A stretch of 64,000 nucleotides of DNA from Tidjanibacter sp. (lineage in GTDB: Bacteria; Bacteroidota; Bacteroidia; Bacteroidales; Rikenellaceae), in contig JAGCJH010000017.1 in the NCBI GenBank assembly GCA_017648105.1, forward strand, positions 788 to 64,787. The letters run 5' to 3'. The translations under genes and the position numbers were made by a program. The notes under the pieces were generated by a model. It did not search any database. It saw nothing but the letters and a program-made list of their open reading frames with translations, and was not told where the DNA came from. This document shows, one piece after another, positions 18,308 to 27,976 of this stretch (positions are counted from its first letter, which is position 1; every line of letters starts with the position of its first letter).

Positions 18308-18607
18308 ATGTTCGGAATAGGTCAATCACTCAGGCGCAAGCCTCGCCAGTTTAGCTACAACCCCCGCTACTACGATGCCGAAAAGGAGGCACGCAACCAG
18401 CGTCGTATAGAGCTCGGTCACGCCCCCATTGAGGATGAAAGCAAGGAACGCAAACCTGGCGACCTGCTCCGTGCTCGCTCCGAACAGCGTTTGCAGATGG
18501 CGGAGAGGGAGAAGGCAGCCCGCAGGAATAGCAGCAAGATGAAGTTGCTGTTTGTGGTACTTCTGATTGTCGGTTTCTATCTGCTGTTGAAGAGTATTGC
18601 TTTCTAA
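18308..18607 (+). CDS. small hypothetical membrane-anchored protein
   Basis: RKPRQFSYNPRYYD and C-terminal hydrophobic helix; ATG in AT-rich context. Confidence 0.75.
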   Translation: MFGIGQSLRRKPRQFSYNPRYYDAEKEARNQRRIELGHAPIEDESKERKPGDLLRARSEQRLQMAEREKAARRNSSKMKLLFVVLLIVGFYLLLKSIAF

Positions 18608-18634
18608 GGTCTTTAAGGCTGAGTGGAGATAGAT

Positions 18635-18692
18635 GAGATACGGAGTATCTCGCTCAAAATTTTTGGGCGACTTTCAATGAAAAGTCGCAAAG
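18635..18692 (+). repeat. pre-start intergenic motif (family D)
   Basis: GAGATACGGAGTATCTC hairpin plus AAAATTTTTGG-GCGACTTT..AAAGTCGC. Confidence 0.6.
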
Positions 18693-18711
18693 AAAAAAGA
18701 AAAACAAACAA

Positions 18712-20580
18712 ATGAAAATCAAAGTACTACCCGATAGTGTTGCCAATCAGATTGCCGCTGGTGAGGTTGTTGGTTCTCCTTCGTCGGTTGTGAAGGAGAT
18801 GACCGAGAACGCCATTGATGCGGGCGCTACGCAGGTGACTGTGAATTTCCGTGCCGATGGTAGGGAGTTGGTGCAGGTTATCGACAATGGCTCGGGTATG
18901 ACCCCTGCCGATGCGAGACTCGCCTTCGATAAGCACGCAACCAGCAAGATTACCTCTTTGGAGGATATCTACGCCCTCTCGACCTTTGGTTTTAGGGGCG
19001 AGGCTCTACCCTCAATTGCTGCGGTTTCGCAGGTGGAGCTCACAACTCGCACGGAGGATGAAGCACTCGCTACAAGGATTGTGATTGAGGGCGGAGAGTT
19101 CCGTTCGCAAGAGACGGTTGTGGGTGCCAAGGGTAGTAACTTCAAGGTTAGCAACCTCTTCTACAATGTGCCAGCAAGGCGCAAGTTCCTTGAAAGTAGC
19201 GAGAGGGAATCCAATAAGATAAAGTGCGAATTTCGCCGTGTGGCACTCTGCCACCCCGAAGTGTCGTTCCTGCTCTACAAGGACGACGCTCCTCTCTACA
19301 ACCTTCCCGCAACAACTCTGAGGGGTAGGATTGCGGGCATTATGGGTAGGAGCATCACGGCACAACTGCTCGATGTATCGACCACCACTTCGATTGTGAA
19401 TGTCGAGGGCTTTGTGGGTCGCCCCGAGTGTGCCAAGAAGCGCAAGGAGGAGCAGTATTTCTTCGTAAATGGTCGTTTCTTCAAGAGCCCCTATCTGCAT
19501 AAAGCAGTGATGGCAGCATACGAAAAACTCATACCCGCAGGATTGACCCCCTCATATTTTCTCTACCTCACGGTCGATACGAGCAAGGTGGATGTGAATG
19601 TTCACCCTCAGAAAACGGAGGTTAAGTTCAGTGAGGACTCGGAGATTTGGCAGATTGTCAATGCAGCAGTCAGGGAGGCTCTTGCCAAAACTGGTGCCAT
19701 TCCAATGATGGACTTTGAGGATGAGGGCGAGGTGCAGATACCCGTCTTCGATAACGCTCGTGAGCGTGCATTTATGGAGCCAAGCACCACAGCCAATCCC
19801 TTCTATAATCCCTTTACGGCAACCCTTAAAAGTGAGGGCGGTGGAGCCTCGGAGGGGGGAGCAAGGAGCGCTCGTTCGTTCCTCTCGGATGATGTTGTGC
19901 CCTATCCTGCAAGCCCCATAAGCGAACAGGAGAGGGAGTATGAAAGTTCCATCTTGGAGTTCGTTGAGGGCGACAGCGAGGGGATGATGCAGGGCGAATT
20001 GGAACTTGGTGGTGGCGAGGAGTCGTTCAGTGGCGCACTGACCCTCTCGGGCGGCTTTGCGGTGACAACCCTCGGAGGTAGGCTTGCCATTGTGGATTTG
20101 GCAAGGGCTCGTGAGGCGCTCCTCTATGAGAGATATATGATGATGCTCGGTAGTGGTAACTCTATGAGTCAGACCCTTTTGTTTCCCGAGAGGATGGTCT
20201 TCTCGCACGATGATGTGGAGATGCTCAGGGAGAACTACGACTACTTTGCAACCTTCGGCTTCGACTACACCATAGCCGACAGTAATACGGTGGATTTTTC
20301 GGCTCTTCCTGCCGAGTTGGAGCACTCCGAGATGGAGGATACGCTCTATGATATGCTCGACTCGCTGAGGGATGGAGTGGAGCTCAGTGAACTGAAACGC
20401 AAAGAGCGACTTGCGGAGATTCTCTCTCGCACGAGGGGTGTGAAAAATCTCTCACAGGGGGAGGTTGAGGCTGTTGTGGATTCCCTTGCTGGGGGTCGGA
20501 AGTGTAGCCTCACGCCCGACGGTAGGGCTGTTGTGAGGGTGCTCACGCCTCAGGAGGTTAGGGCGCTCTTCAATAAATAG
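18712..20580 (+). CDS. mutL: DNA mismatch repair protein MutL
   Basis: NQIAAGEVV, ENAIDAGA, HATSK, GFRGEAL, NVPARRKFL and DVNVHPQK motifs. Confidence 0.97.
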   Translation: MKIKVLPDSVANQIAAGEVVGSPSSVVKEMTENAIDAGATQVTVNFRADGRELVQVIDNGSGMTPADARLAFDKHATSKITSLEDIYALSTFGFRGEALPSIAAVSQVELTTRTEDEALATRIVIEGGEFRSQETVVGAKGSNFKVSNLFYNVPARRKFLESSERESNKIKCEFRRVALCHPEVSFLLYKDDAPLYNLPATTLRGRIAGIMGRSITAQLLDVSTTTSIVNVEGFVGRPECAKKRKEEQYFFVNGRFFKSPYLHKAVMAAYEKLIPAGLTPSYFLYLTVDTSKVDVNVHPQKTEVKFSEDSEIWQIVNAAVREALAKTGAIPMMDFEDEGEVQIPVFDNARERAFMEPSTTANPFYNPFTATLKSEGGGASEGGARSARSFLSDDVVPYPASPISEQEREYESSILEFVEGDSEGMMQGELELGGGEESFSGALTLSGGFAVTTLGGRLAIVDLARAREALLYERYMMMLGSGNSMSQTLLFPERMVFSHDDVEMLRENYDYFATFGFDYTIADSNTVDFSALPAELEHSEMEDTLYDMLDSLRDGVELSELKRKERLAEILSRTRGVKNLSQGEVEAVVDSLAGGRKCSLTPDGRAVVRVLTPQEVRALFNK

Positions 20581-20603
20581 TATCAAAACAGAGAGAAAAA
20601 ACA

Positions 20604-21257
20604 ATGAACGGATATTACCGACCACAGATACAGATTCCCCCCGTTGTGAAGAACTTGCTCATTGTCAATGTGCTTGTCTTCCTGACGCAGAATCTTCTGC
20701 CTGCGGGTATGAAGGGATGGTTCTATGAAACCTTCGCCCTCCACTTCCCGTTGCGCCTGCAAACCGCCTATCAAGCGGTGAGCTATATGTTTATGCACGC
20801 CAACTTTACCCACCTGCTGTTCAATATGTTTGCTCTGTGGATGTTTGGTAGGGTTATCGAGTATGACTTGGGCTCTAAGCGCTTTTTGACCTACTTCTTG
20901 ATTTGTGGCGTGGGTGCAGGTCTTATCCAACTTGCGGTCAATTACTTCGAACTCTCGTCGCTCGTTGCGCAGGGCTACACACGCCTGCCTCGAATGACTA
21001 CGGTGGGTGCGTCGGGTGCAGTCTTCGGACTTCTGCTGGCGTATGGTATGCTCCATCCCAATAATATTGTGATGCTTATGTTCCCTCCCATTGCGCTGAA
21101 AGCCAAATGGTTTGTGGTAATATATGGCGTGCTGGAATTGATGGGTGGCGTAGCGTCGAGTGGCTCCAATGTGGCACACTTCGCCCACTTGGGTGGTATG
21201 CTCTTTGGCTTTGTGCTGTTGCGCTATTGGAAGAAGAAAAATAAAATTTGGTATTAG
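20604..21257 (+). CDS. rhomboid family intramembrane serine protease
   Basis: HLLFNM, GASG and AHLGG motifs. Confidence 0.95.
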   Translation: MNGYYRPQIQIPPVVKNLLIVNVLVFLTQNLLPAGMKGWFYETFALHFPLRLQTAYQAVSYMFMHANFTHLLFNMFALWMFGRVIEYDLGSKRFLTYFLICGVGAGLIQLAVNYFELSSLVAQGYTRLPRMTTVGASGAVFGLLLAYGMLHPNNIVMLMFPPIALKAKWFVVIYGVLELMGGVASSGSNVAHFAHLGGMLFGFVLLRYWKKKNKIWY

Positions 21258-21266
21258 AAGATAACA

Positions 21267-22454
21267 ATGGCAAGAAACCGAGCAGACTACTACCACGACG
21301 AAAATCGTCGAGTACGCCGTGTGCGACCCGAAGGTGCGGGGCGCAGGATGGCGCTACTCCTCATTGATGTGGTTATGGTCGTTGTGTCGGTGTTTGCTGC
21401 TGTGGCGTTGCTGGGCGGTCTGCTCGCAAAGGTGGTCAATCCCGAATCTACGACGCTTTTTGTCTTTGCGGGTCTTTTCTATCAGATTATCTACCTTGTG
21501 AATATCGCCTGCGCCCTTTGGTGGGTTGTGAGGTGGAAGAGGTGGTTTCTGCTCTCGCTGGCGATGCTCCTTGTGGGCAGTGGAAACATCGGGCTCTTCT
21601 ATCGTTCGGATATCAGGCAGAAGAGCGAAGAGGTTGTGCGTACGAGGGAGGATGTGAAACTTGTGACCTACAATGTGATGAACTTCCAAAATGGCGAGTC
21701 TGGCGAGGACAACTTCGAGCGTGTGTCGGAGTGGCTCAATAAAGAGGGCGCACAGATTGTCTGCTTGCAGGAGGCATTCTTCTCGTCGAGCAAGAGCTTT
21801 GGTGACTTCAAGGATAGACTCAAAAAACTCGGCTACGGATTTTTTACAAATGCAGACCCCAATAATGGAGATAGTAAGAGTGGCTCGGGGTATGCGATGT
21901 TCAGCACCTATCCGATTGTGCGCCACCGTGTGGCGGATGCCGATAGCCAGAATGTCAATGGTGTGTGGGCAGATGTGAAGATTGGTAGGGATACGGTGAG
22001 GATTTTCAACCTCCACCTCCAATCCACAGGTATCTCAAATGAGGAGCGCAAAGGAACGCTCTCGCATCGCATAATTGACGACTCGCTCGCCTATACAAAA
22101 CTCTCGCAGATAGCCCATAAGGTGGTGGATAACTATCGTGTGAGGGCAGGGGAGGCACGCAATGTGGCGTCGCTCGTGGAGGGTTCGCCCTACCCGGTGG
22201 TGGTGTGTGGCGACTTCAACGATACGCCCGTTTCGTACACCTACGGACACCTGCGCTCCCGAGAACTGCTCGATGCCTATGTTGAGAAGGGCAGGGGTAC
22301 GGAGTTTACCTTCCAGGGGCTCTACAACCTCTTCCGCATCGACTATATCCTGCCACAGAAGGATGTCTTTGAGGTCAAAACCTATGACTCCTACGACCTC
22401 GACTACTCCGACCATAAACCGATAGTCGCAACGATTAGACCAATAGAAAAATAG
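21267..22454 (+). CDS. membrane-anchored endonuclease/exonuclease/phosphatase (EEP) family protein
   Basis: TYNV, CLQE, HLQS, GDFND, RIDYI and SDH motifs. Confidence 0.92.
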   Translation: MARNRADYYHDENRRVRRVRPEGAGRRMALLLIDVVMVVVSVFAAVALLGGLLAKVVNPESTTLFVFAGLFYQIIYLVNIACALWWVVRWKRWFLLSLAMLLVGSGNIGLFYRSDIRQKSEEVVRTREDVKLVTYNVMNFQNGESGEDNFERVSEWLNKEGAQIVCLQEAFFSSSKSFGDFKDRLKKLGYGFFTNADPNNGDSKSGSGYAMFSTYPIVRHRVADADSQNVNGVWADVKIGRDTVRIFNLHLQSTGISNEERKGTLSHRIIDDSLAYTKLSQIAHKVVDNYRVRAGEARNVASLVEGSPYPVVVCGDFNDTPVSYTYGHLRSRELLDAYVEKGRGTEFTFQGLYNLFRIDYILPQKDVFEVKTYDSYDLDYSDHKPIVATIRPIEK

Positions 22455-22486
22455 CAAAACCTTGATTTGGTTTTGCTATTTTTTTT
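22447..22486. terminator. bidirectional intrinsic terminator
   Basis: AAAAATAGCAAAACC...GGTTTTGCTATTTTTTTT. Confidence 0.88.
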
Positions 22487-22499
22487 ATGTCAATCGTTT

Positions 22500-23315
22500 T
22501 TACAGTTGGCAAATGAATACCTCCTCGCCGGCGAAGATGGGGGAGTAGTCGGGGCGGTGGTCGAAAAGACCATACATTGCCGAGCCCGAGCCCGAGAGCG
22601 AGGCATAGAAGGCTCCTCGGCGTTGGAGCTCACGCTTGATGTTGGGGAGGGCTGTGTGGCTGCCGAAGAGGGAGCCCTCAAAGTCATTCACAATGGCACT
22701 CTGCCACTCGCTACGGGGTAGGCGCAGACGCTCTTCGAGCGATACCTCGGGGATGTGGGGCACAACACCAGCATAAGCCTCGGCAGTGGATATTCCAAAG
22801 GCGGGCTTTGAGATTACACACCATACGCCCGAAAGGTCTATATCTGCGGGAGTCATAACCTCGCCCCTGCCACGACAAAATGTGGGTGTGGAGTGGATGA
22901 AGAAGGGGATGTCGCTACCGAGGCGGGCGGCAATATCGACCATCTCGTCGGTTGTGAGCCCGAGGGAAAATATCTCATTGAAGCCCTTGATTGCAGCGGC
23001 TGCGTCGGCACTGCCCCCACCCAATCCTGCACCGAAAGGGATGCGTTTGTCGAGGCGCATCTCCACGCCACCGATGCCATATTTCTCCTTCATAAGCATC
23101 CACGCCTTGACAACAAGATTTCTGTCCGAGGCGCAATCCACCGCCAGACCCTCAATTTGCAGATGGCAACCGCCACCCTCCGAGGGGAGAATTTCGAGCG
23201 TGTCGCAGACACCACCTACGGGCAACATCAGGGTGTCGATATCGTGGTAACCGTCGGCACGACGACGAAGGATGTCGAGTCCGAGGTTGATTTTGGGATA
23301 GGCTTTGAGTATCAT
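22500..23315 (-). CDS. ispE: 4-diphosphocytidyl-2-C-methyl-D-erythritol kinase
   Basis: PKINLGL, DGYH, IPFGAGLGGGSADAA, GSDIPFF, NDFE and SGSGS motifs. Confidence 0.96.
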   Translation of the reverse strand: MILKAYPKINLGLDILRRRADGYHDIDTLMLPVGGVCDTLEILPSEGGGCHLQIEGLAVDCASDRNLVVKAWMLMKEKYGIGGVEMRLDKRIPFGAGLGGGSADAAAAIKGFNEIFSLGLTTDEMVDIAARLGSDIPFFIHSTPTFCRGRGEVMTPADIDLSGVWCVISKPAFGISTAEAYAGVVPHIPEVSLEERLRLPRSEWQSAIVNDFEGSLFGSHTALPNIKRELQRRGAFYASLSGSGSAMYGLFDHRPDYSPIFAGEEVFICQL

Positions 23316-23339
23316 TTTCTTTTCGGTTTATTAGCAATA

Positions 23340-23362
23340 CAAATATAAAACAATTATCTTTG
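23340..23362. promoter_or_regulatory. back-to-back -7 elements for ispE and the GSCFA gene
   Basis: TATATTTG on minus (23340-23347) and TATCTTTG on plus (23355-23362). Confidence 0.6.
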
Positions 23363-23380
23363 TAGGAAAAGAGAAAGAGT

Positions 23381-24352
23381 ATGAAAATCCGCACAGAAAT
23401 TTCCATCGCTCCATCTATCAATAAGATAGATCAGCGAAAAAGAGTCTTCTCGGTGGGCTCGTGCTTTGCCGAGGAGATTGCCCAACGACTCGTGGAAGTC
23501 GGTATCCCAACCCTCTCTAACCCCTTGGGTGTACTCTACAATCCACTCTCCATTGAGGAGTGTGTGGAGCGAGCCTGCTCGGAGCGAGGCGTGTGCCGAG
23601 GAGAGCTGATGTGCAGGGGCGATATGTGGTTTTCGCTCTCCACTCACGGGGTGTTCGATAATCCCAATCCCAAGGAGGTGGAGAAGGGTATAAACGACGC
23701 TATTTGCCACGCCCACACGGAGCTCGAAAAGTCAGAGTGGGTAATCCTTACGCTCGGCACAGCGTGGGTCTATGAGCACAAAGGTCAGGTGGTTGCCAAT
23801 TGTCATAAATTGCCCGCCAAGGAGTTCTCTCGTAGGCTTATGACGGTGGAAGAGGTGGTGCGCACGCTTTGGCGCACGATTGCTCATCTTTCGGGTAAGA
23901 AGATTATCCTCACAATCAGCCCCGTACGCTATGTTGGCGACGGCTTGGAGGGCAATGCCGTGTCGAAGGCTATTCTGCGCCTTGCGGTGGAGGAGGTTGT
24001 GGCTTCGGCGAAGGCTTCGGGTGAGTGTGTTGGTTACTTCCCCTCCTATGAGATTTTTATCGACGATTTGCGTGATTACCGCTACTATGGCGACGATATG
24101 GTACACCCCTCAAAGGTGGGTGTGGAGTATGTTTGGGAGAAGTTCTGCGAAACATTCCTCACTCGTGAGGCGCTGGCAAATGGCGAACTCTTTGCTCGCC
24201 TTAGAAGTGCTTGTGAGCACCGCCCCTTACACCCCGAGAGTGAGGAGTATCGCACCTTCCGCTACTCAACACTCCAAAAGGCGCTTTCGCTCCAAAAACT
24301 CTTCCCAAATAATGAGATTGCGGAGTCCTATGTGAAATATTTTGCTCAATAG
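23381..24352 (+). CDS. GSCFA domain protein
   Basis: GSCFA, NPLGVLYNP, TLGTAW, ANCHK, TISPVR, YFPSYE and DMVHP motifs. Confidence 0.92.
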   Translation: MKIRTEISIAPSINKIDQRKRVFSVGSCFAEEIAQRLVEVGIPTLSNPLGVLYNPLSIEECVERACSERGVCRGELMCRGDMWFSLSTHGVFDNPNPKEVEKGINDAICHAHTELEKSEWVILTLGTAWVYEHKGQVVANCHKLPAKEFSRRLMTVEEVVRTLWRTIAHLSGKKIILTISPVRYVGDGLEGNAVSKAILRLAVEEVVASAKASGECVGYFPSYEIFIDDLRDYRYYGDDMVHPSKVGVEYVWEKFCETFLTREALANGELFARLRSACEHRPLHPESEEYRTFRYSTLQKALSLQKLFPNNEIAESYVKYFAQ

Positions 24353-24486
24353 AATGAGCCCGAAAAAGGGTGCAATAATCCAATGGTGCGGGGATAAAAT
24401 CTCCGCACTTTTTATTTTTGATGGCTCGGAGTGGTTAAATATCATAGATATTTACTATCTTTACCCGATATTTTGGAATTTAACGA

Positions 24487-26037
24487 ATGAAACACCGAAT
24501 TATAACACTCCTTGCTGCGATGCTTGCAACCCTCTCGGTTGCAGGTGTGGAGCCTGTGCGCCTTGTGGTCAATGTGGTCATCTCGGGTGCGAGGGCTGTG
24601 GATTTGGAGCGCTATGAGGAGGGCTTTGGAGAGGGTGGTTTTGTGCGCCTGCTTGCGGGCGAGAGATACACCTCGGCAAGTTATTCGTTCGTTCCTACAA
24701 CACCCTCGGCACTCGCAACGCTCTCCACTGGCTCGCTCCCCTCGATGCACGGCATTGTGGGCGATGGTTGGTGGAACTATACAAGCGGTGCCTATACCTC
24801 CTCGGTGGCAGATGGTGCATACAGCACCTTTGGTGCGGATAGCAATGAGAGTAGAGTGGCAAATGGCAACTTGATTTTTGAAACTATTGGCGATGTTGTG
24901 GTGCGTAGCGCAAAGGGCGCACAGAGTGTGTCGGTGGCAACAACACCCTCGTCGGCAATCATCCTCGGAGGTTTGGAGCCCTCGGAGGTGTGGTGGATAG
25001 ATTCGCTGAGTGGCAGATGGACAACCTCCACACGCTATAAGAATTCGCTTCCCAAGTGGGTTACGAAGTTCAACGCCTCGGGATATCATATCTCGCAGCT
25101 CGGTCAGCCTTGGGTGCTCTCTCGCCCCGATAAGGAGTTTGTTAATGAGAGTGCAGTGGTGGCAAAACCCTACGGCTACAAGATGACAAAGGAGGAGCGC
25201 AAGAGGGGTGTGACAAGTGGCGATATCGCCTCGCTCGACTACTCCTATGTGGCAAATAGTATGGTTGCAGAGTTTGCAAAGGAGGCAATCATCTACAATC
25301 GCTTGGGTGGCGACGGAGTGGTGGATGTGCTCAATGTCTGCTTCGACTCTCCCCGCAAGATTGCCGAGCGCTATGGGCTCTCCTCACGAGAAGTGGAGGA
25401 TATGTACTACCGCTTGGACGAACTTCTTGCCGACTTTCTGACCTTCGCTTCGGCGCAAGCAAGCGGTAAGGTTCTCTTCACGCTCACGACCGATGGCGGT
25501 GTGAGAGAGGTGAGGGATGAGAGTAAGGTTTTCAATGTTTCGCAGGCTCGATTCTTGATAAATAGTTTTCTCTCTGCCACATACGGCAAGGGAGATTGGG
25601 TGCTCGGATATAGCGGTGGCGGTTTGTGGCTCAACCACACCCTCATCTTCTCCCGAGGCTTGGAGGTTGAGAATCTGCAACGACAGGTGGCAACCTTTGC
25701 ACTCGGTCTGCGAGGTGTGAGCCACGCAGTGGTCGCTACGGATATGATGGCAGGCGATGTGAAGGAGGGCGTTGTTGCCGTTGTGCAGAGGGGCTTCCAC
25801 CCCAAACGCTCGGCAGATGTGACACTCGTGTTGATGCCCGATTGGTGCGTGAGCGAGAGTGGCGAGATACCCAATATCTCCACCTCCCAACCCTACACCC
25901 CCTACCGCAGGGCTATTATGGCACTTAGTGGTACGGGTGTGGAGAGTAGGCTTGTTAGGGAGAGCGTGGATATGAAGTCGCTGGTGGTGTTGCTTGCCGA
26001 ACGACTTGGTGTTGAGTTGCCGCTGGGAGCAGAGTGA
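24487..26037 (+). CDS. alkaline phosphatase superfamily (PafA-like) protein with degenerate active site
   Basis: Signal peptide; GEGGFVRL, STG..PSMHGIVG and EVEDMYYRLD motifs; metal ligands substituted. Confidence 0.8.
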   Translation: MKHRIITLLAAMLATLSVAGVEPVRLVVNVVISGARAVDLERYEEGFGEGGFVRLLAGERYTSASYSFVPTTPSALATLSTGSLPSMHGIVGDGWWNYTSGAYTSSVADGAYSTFGADSNESRVANGNLIFETIGDVVVRSAKGAQSVSVATTPSSAIILGGLEPSEVWWIDSLSGRWTTSTRYKNSLPKWVTKFNASGYHISQLGQPWVLSRPDKEFVNESAVVAKPYGYKMTKEERKRGVTSGDIASLDYSYVANSMVAEFAKEAIIYNRLGGDGVVDVLNVCFDSPRKIAERYGLSSREVEDMYYRLDELLADFLTFASAQASGKVLFTLTTDGGVREVRDESKVFNVSQARFLINSFLSATYGKGDWVLGYSGGGLWLNHTLIFSRGLEVENLQRQVATFALGLRGVSHAVVATDMMAGDVKEGVVAVVQRGFHPKRSADVTLVLMPDWCVSESGEIPNISTSQPYTPYRRAIMALSGTGVESRLVRESVDMKSLVVLLAERLGVELPLGAE

Positions 26038-26042
26038 TGGTT

Positions 26043-26107
26043 TTTTAGGGGCATTAAGGACATTAAGGACATTAAGGGCTTTAAGGGCATTAAGGGTGGA
26101 TTTAAGG
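26043..26107. repeat. 9-bp tandem repeat (family A)
   Basis: ttaaggaca ttaaggaca ttaagggct ttaagggca ttaagggt. Confidence 0.85.
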
Positions 26108-26178
26108 CAAGGCAAAGTCAGTCTTAAAAGTTTTTGGTTTCGCTTTTTGGGAAAAGCAGAGAAAAAAGAGAAAGAAAA

Positions 26179-26592
26179 ATGGATAAAATTCAGGAGGAGA
26201 TTATTGCGGACTTCGAGATGTTTGATGATCCCGATGATAAGTTGCAGTATCTGATAGATATGGCGGATGAGTGTGTGGAAATCGACCCTCATCACAAGAC
26301 CGAGGAGTACCTCATTGACGGTTGTCAGTCGAGGGTGTGGATAGATGCCGAGTTGAGGGATGGAAAGGTCTATTTCTCGACCGATGCCGATGCACTCATT
26401 GTGAAGGGCATTGCAGGTCTGCTCACAAGGGCGCTTGGTGGTCGCACCCCCGAGGAGATTCTCGCTACGGAGCTCTACTTCATCGACCGCATAGGTATTC
26501 GCTCCTACCTCTCGCCTACGAGGGCAAATGGTCTGGGCGAGATGCTGAAACAGATGCGTCGCTATGCATTGGCGTTCTCGGCAAAGAAGTAA
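26179..26592 (+). CDS. sufE: Fe-S cluster assembly sulfur acceptor SufE
   Basis: IDGCQSRVW, DADALIVKG and LSPTRANGL motifs. Confidence 0.95.
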   Translation: MDKIQEEIIADFEMFDDPDDKLQYLIDMADECVEIDPHHKTEEYLIDGCQSRVWIDAELRDGKVYFSTDADALIVKGIAGLLTRALGGRTPEEILATELYFIDRIGIRSYLSPTRANGLGEMLKQMRRYALAFSAKK

Positions 26593-26622
26593 ATATATAC
26601 GAAAGAGAGGAAAAGAGATAGT

Positions 26623-26943
26623 ATGACACCGGCAGAGATTCAGAGCGTGGAGAGGGATATTATTGATACGCTCAAAAATATATATGACCCCGAGATTCCT
26701 GTGAATATCTACGACCTCGGCTTGGTCTATGATGTGGACTACACGCCCGACGGCAATGTCCATATTCGTATGACCCTGACGGCTCCCAACTGCCCTATGG
26801 CGGACTTTTTGGTTGAGGAGGTACACACGCAGGTTATGAAAGTAAGGGGTGTGAAGGAGGTTGTCGTGGAGATAGTCTTCGACCCACCGTGGGATAAGAA
26901 TATGATGAGCGAGGAGGCTCTGATGGAGCTCAATATGTTGTAA
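26623..26943 (+). CDS. DUF59/SufT-like Fe-S assembly protein
   Basis: YDPEIPVNIYDLGL, MTLTAPNCP and FDPPW motifs. Confidence 0.93.
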   Translation: MTPAEIQSVERDIIDTLKNIYDPEIPVNIYDLGLVYDVDYTPDGNVHIRMTLTAPNCPMADFLVEEVHTQVMKVRGVKEVVVEIVFDPPWDKNMMSEEALMELNML

Positions 26944-26970
26944 CGAGCACCTCGCCACAAAGATGTAGAG

Positions 26971-27861
26971 ATGGAGAAGCCTATGAGTAGGATGTGTGGC
27001 GCAGAGCTCGCCACTATGGAGCCACTTCACCGCACCCGTGTGATGGAGAGCCTGCTTGTGGGTCGCTTCCTCCGTAAGTGCGGAAGGGTGCGTGAGGTGT
27101 GGGAGTCCGCCGAGAGGGATTGGAACCAGACACTCTACACAATGACCGCCTATGCAATGGGTGCTCCCCGTAATTCGGCACCCTTTGAGGAGCTCTCCCG
27201 ACGAGCCACCTACCTTATGTGCTTGCGTGAGAGGGCATCGCTCCGCAGGGTGGAGGCTCTGCTTTTGGGCACCTCGGGACTGATGCACGGCGAGTTCTAC
27301 AATGATAGGGTTGTGGGCTTGCAGGAGGAGTTCGACTACTTGGCTAATAAGTATGGGGTGCGTGCGATGAATGCTTCATCTTGGAATCGTAGGAGTAGCT
27401 ACCCCGCAGGAAACCCTATTGTGAGGGTTGCGCAGATGGCAGCACTCATCACGAAGGACGACTATTCGGTGGATGCACTCTTGGAGGCTAAGAGTCTGGC
27501 GGATGTCGAGAGGATGTTTGATATAACAACTACGAGCCAGTGGCTTAGCGTGGAGGACGGCACTAAACAGTCGCTACGCTTGGGCAAGGAGAAGATACAC
27601 ACGCTGGCTATCAACCTTGTTGCGCCTATGCAGTTCGCCTATGGCGAGGTTATGCGCAATGAAGAGTTGAAGGAGAGGGCTCTGGCACTCTTGGAGGAGA
27701 TACCTACGGAGCACAATAGACTTGTGGCTCGTTGGACTGGCGAGGGTGTTCCCTCGGTGAATGCTTGCGACTCGCAGGCGCTGATTGAACTCTCCCACCT
27801 GTGCGATGAGGGAAGATGTGCGGAGTGTCCGCTTGGTAGGCTTTTGGCGAGGAAAAAATAG
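26971..27861 (+). CDS. DUF2851-like protein (short form)
   Basis: N..PFEEL, EALLLG.SGL, PAG.P..R.AQ and SQALIEL...C....C..C motifs. Confidence 0.7.
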   Translation: MEKPMSRMCGAELATMEPLHRTRVMESLLVGRFLRKCGRVREVWESAERDWNQTLYTMTAYAMGAPRNSAPFEELSRRATYLMCLRERASLRRVEALLLGTSGLMHGEFYNDRVVGLQEEFDYLANKYGVRAMNASSWNRRSSYPAGNPIVRVAQMAALITKDDYSVDALLEAKSLADVERMFDITTTSQWLSVEDGTKQSLRLGKEKIHTLAINLVAPMQFAYGEVMRNEELKERALALLEEIPTEHNRLVARWTGEGVPSVNACDSQALIELSHLCDEGRCAECPLGRLLARKK

Positions 27862-27871
27862 TTCGTGTTTT

Positions 27872-27916
27872 TTTAAGGGCTCTAAGGACTTTAAGGGCAT
27901 TAAGGTCTTGAAGGCT
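27872..27916. repeat. 9-bp tandem repeat (family A)
   Basis: ttaagggct ctaaggact ttaagggca ttaaggtct. Confidence 0.8.
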
Positions 27917-27976
27917 TAGCGAAGTATTGGAAGAAAAACAGAAAACAAATAAATAACAAAATAATAAACAGACAAA

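Noticed and set aside
26941-26970. Possible readthrough fusion of the DUF59 and DUF2851-like ORFs (same frame)
   Set aside because: The DUF59 protein is complete at its TAA; same-frame adjacency happens one time in three by chance.
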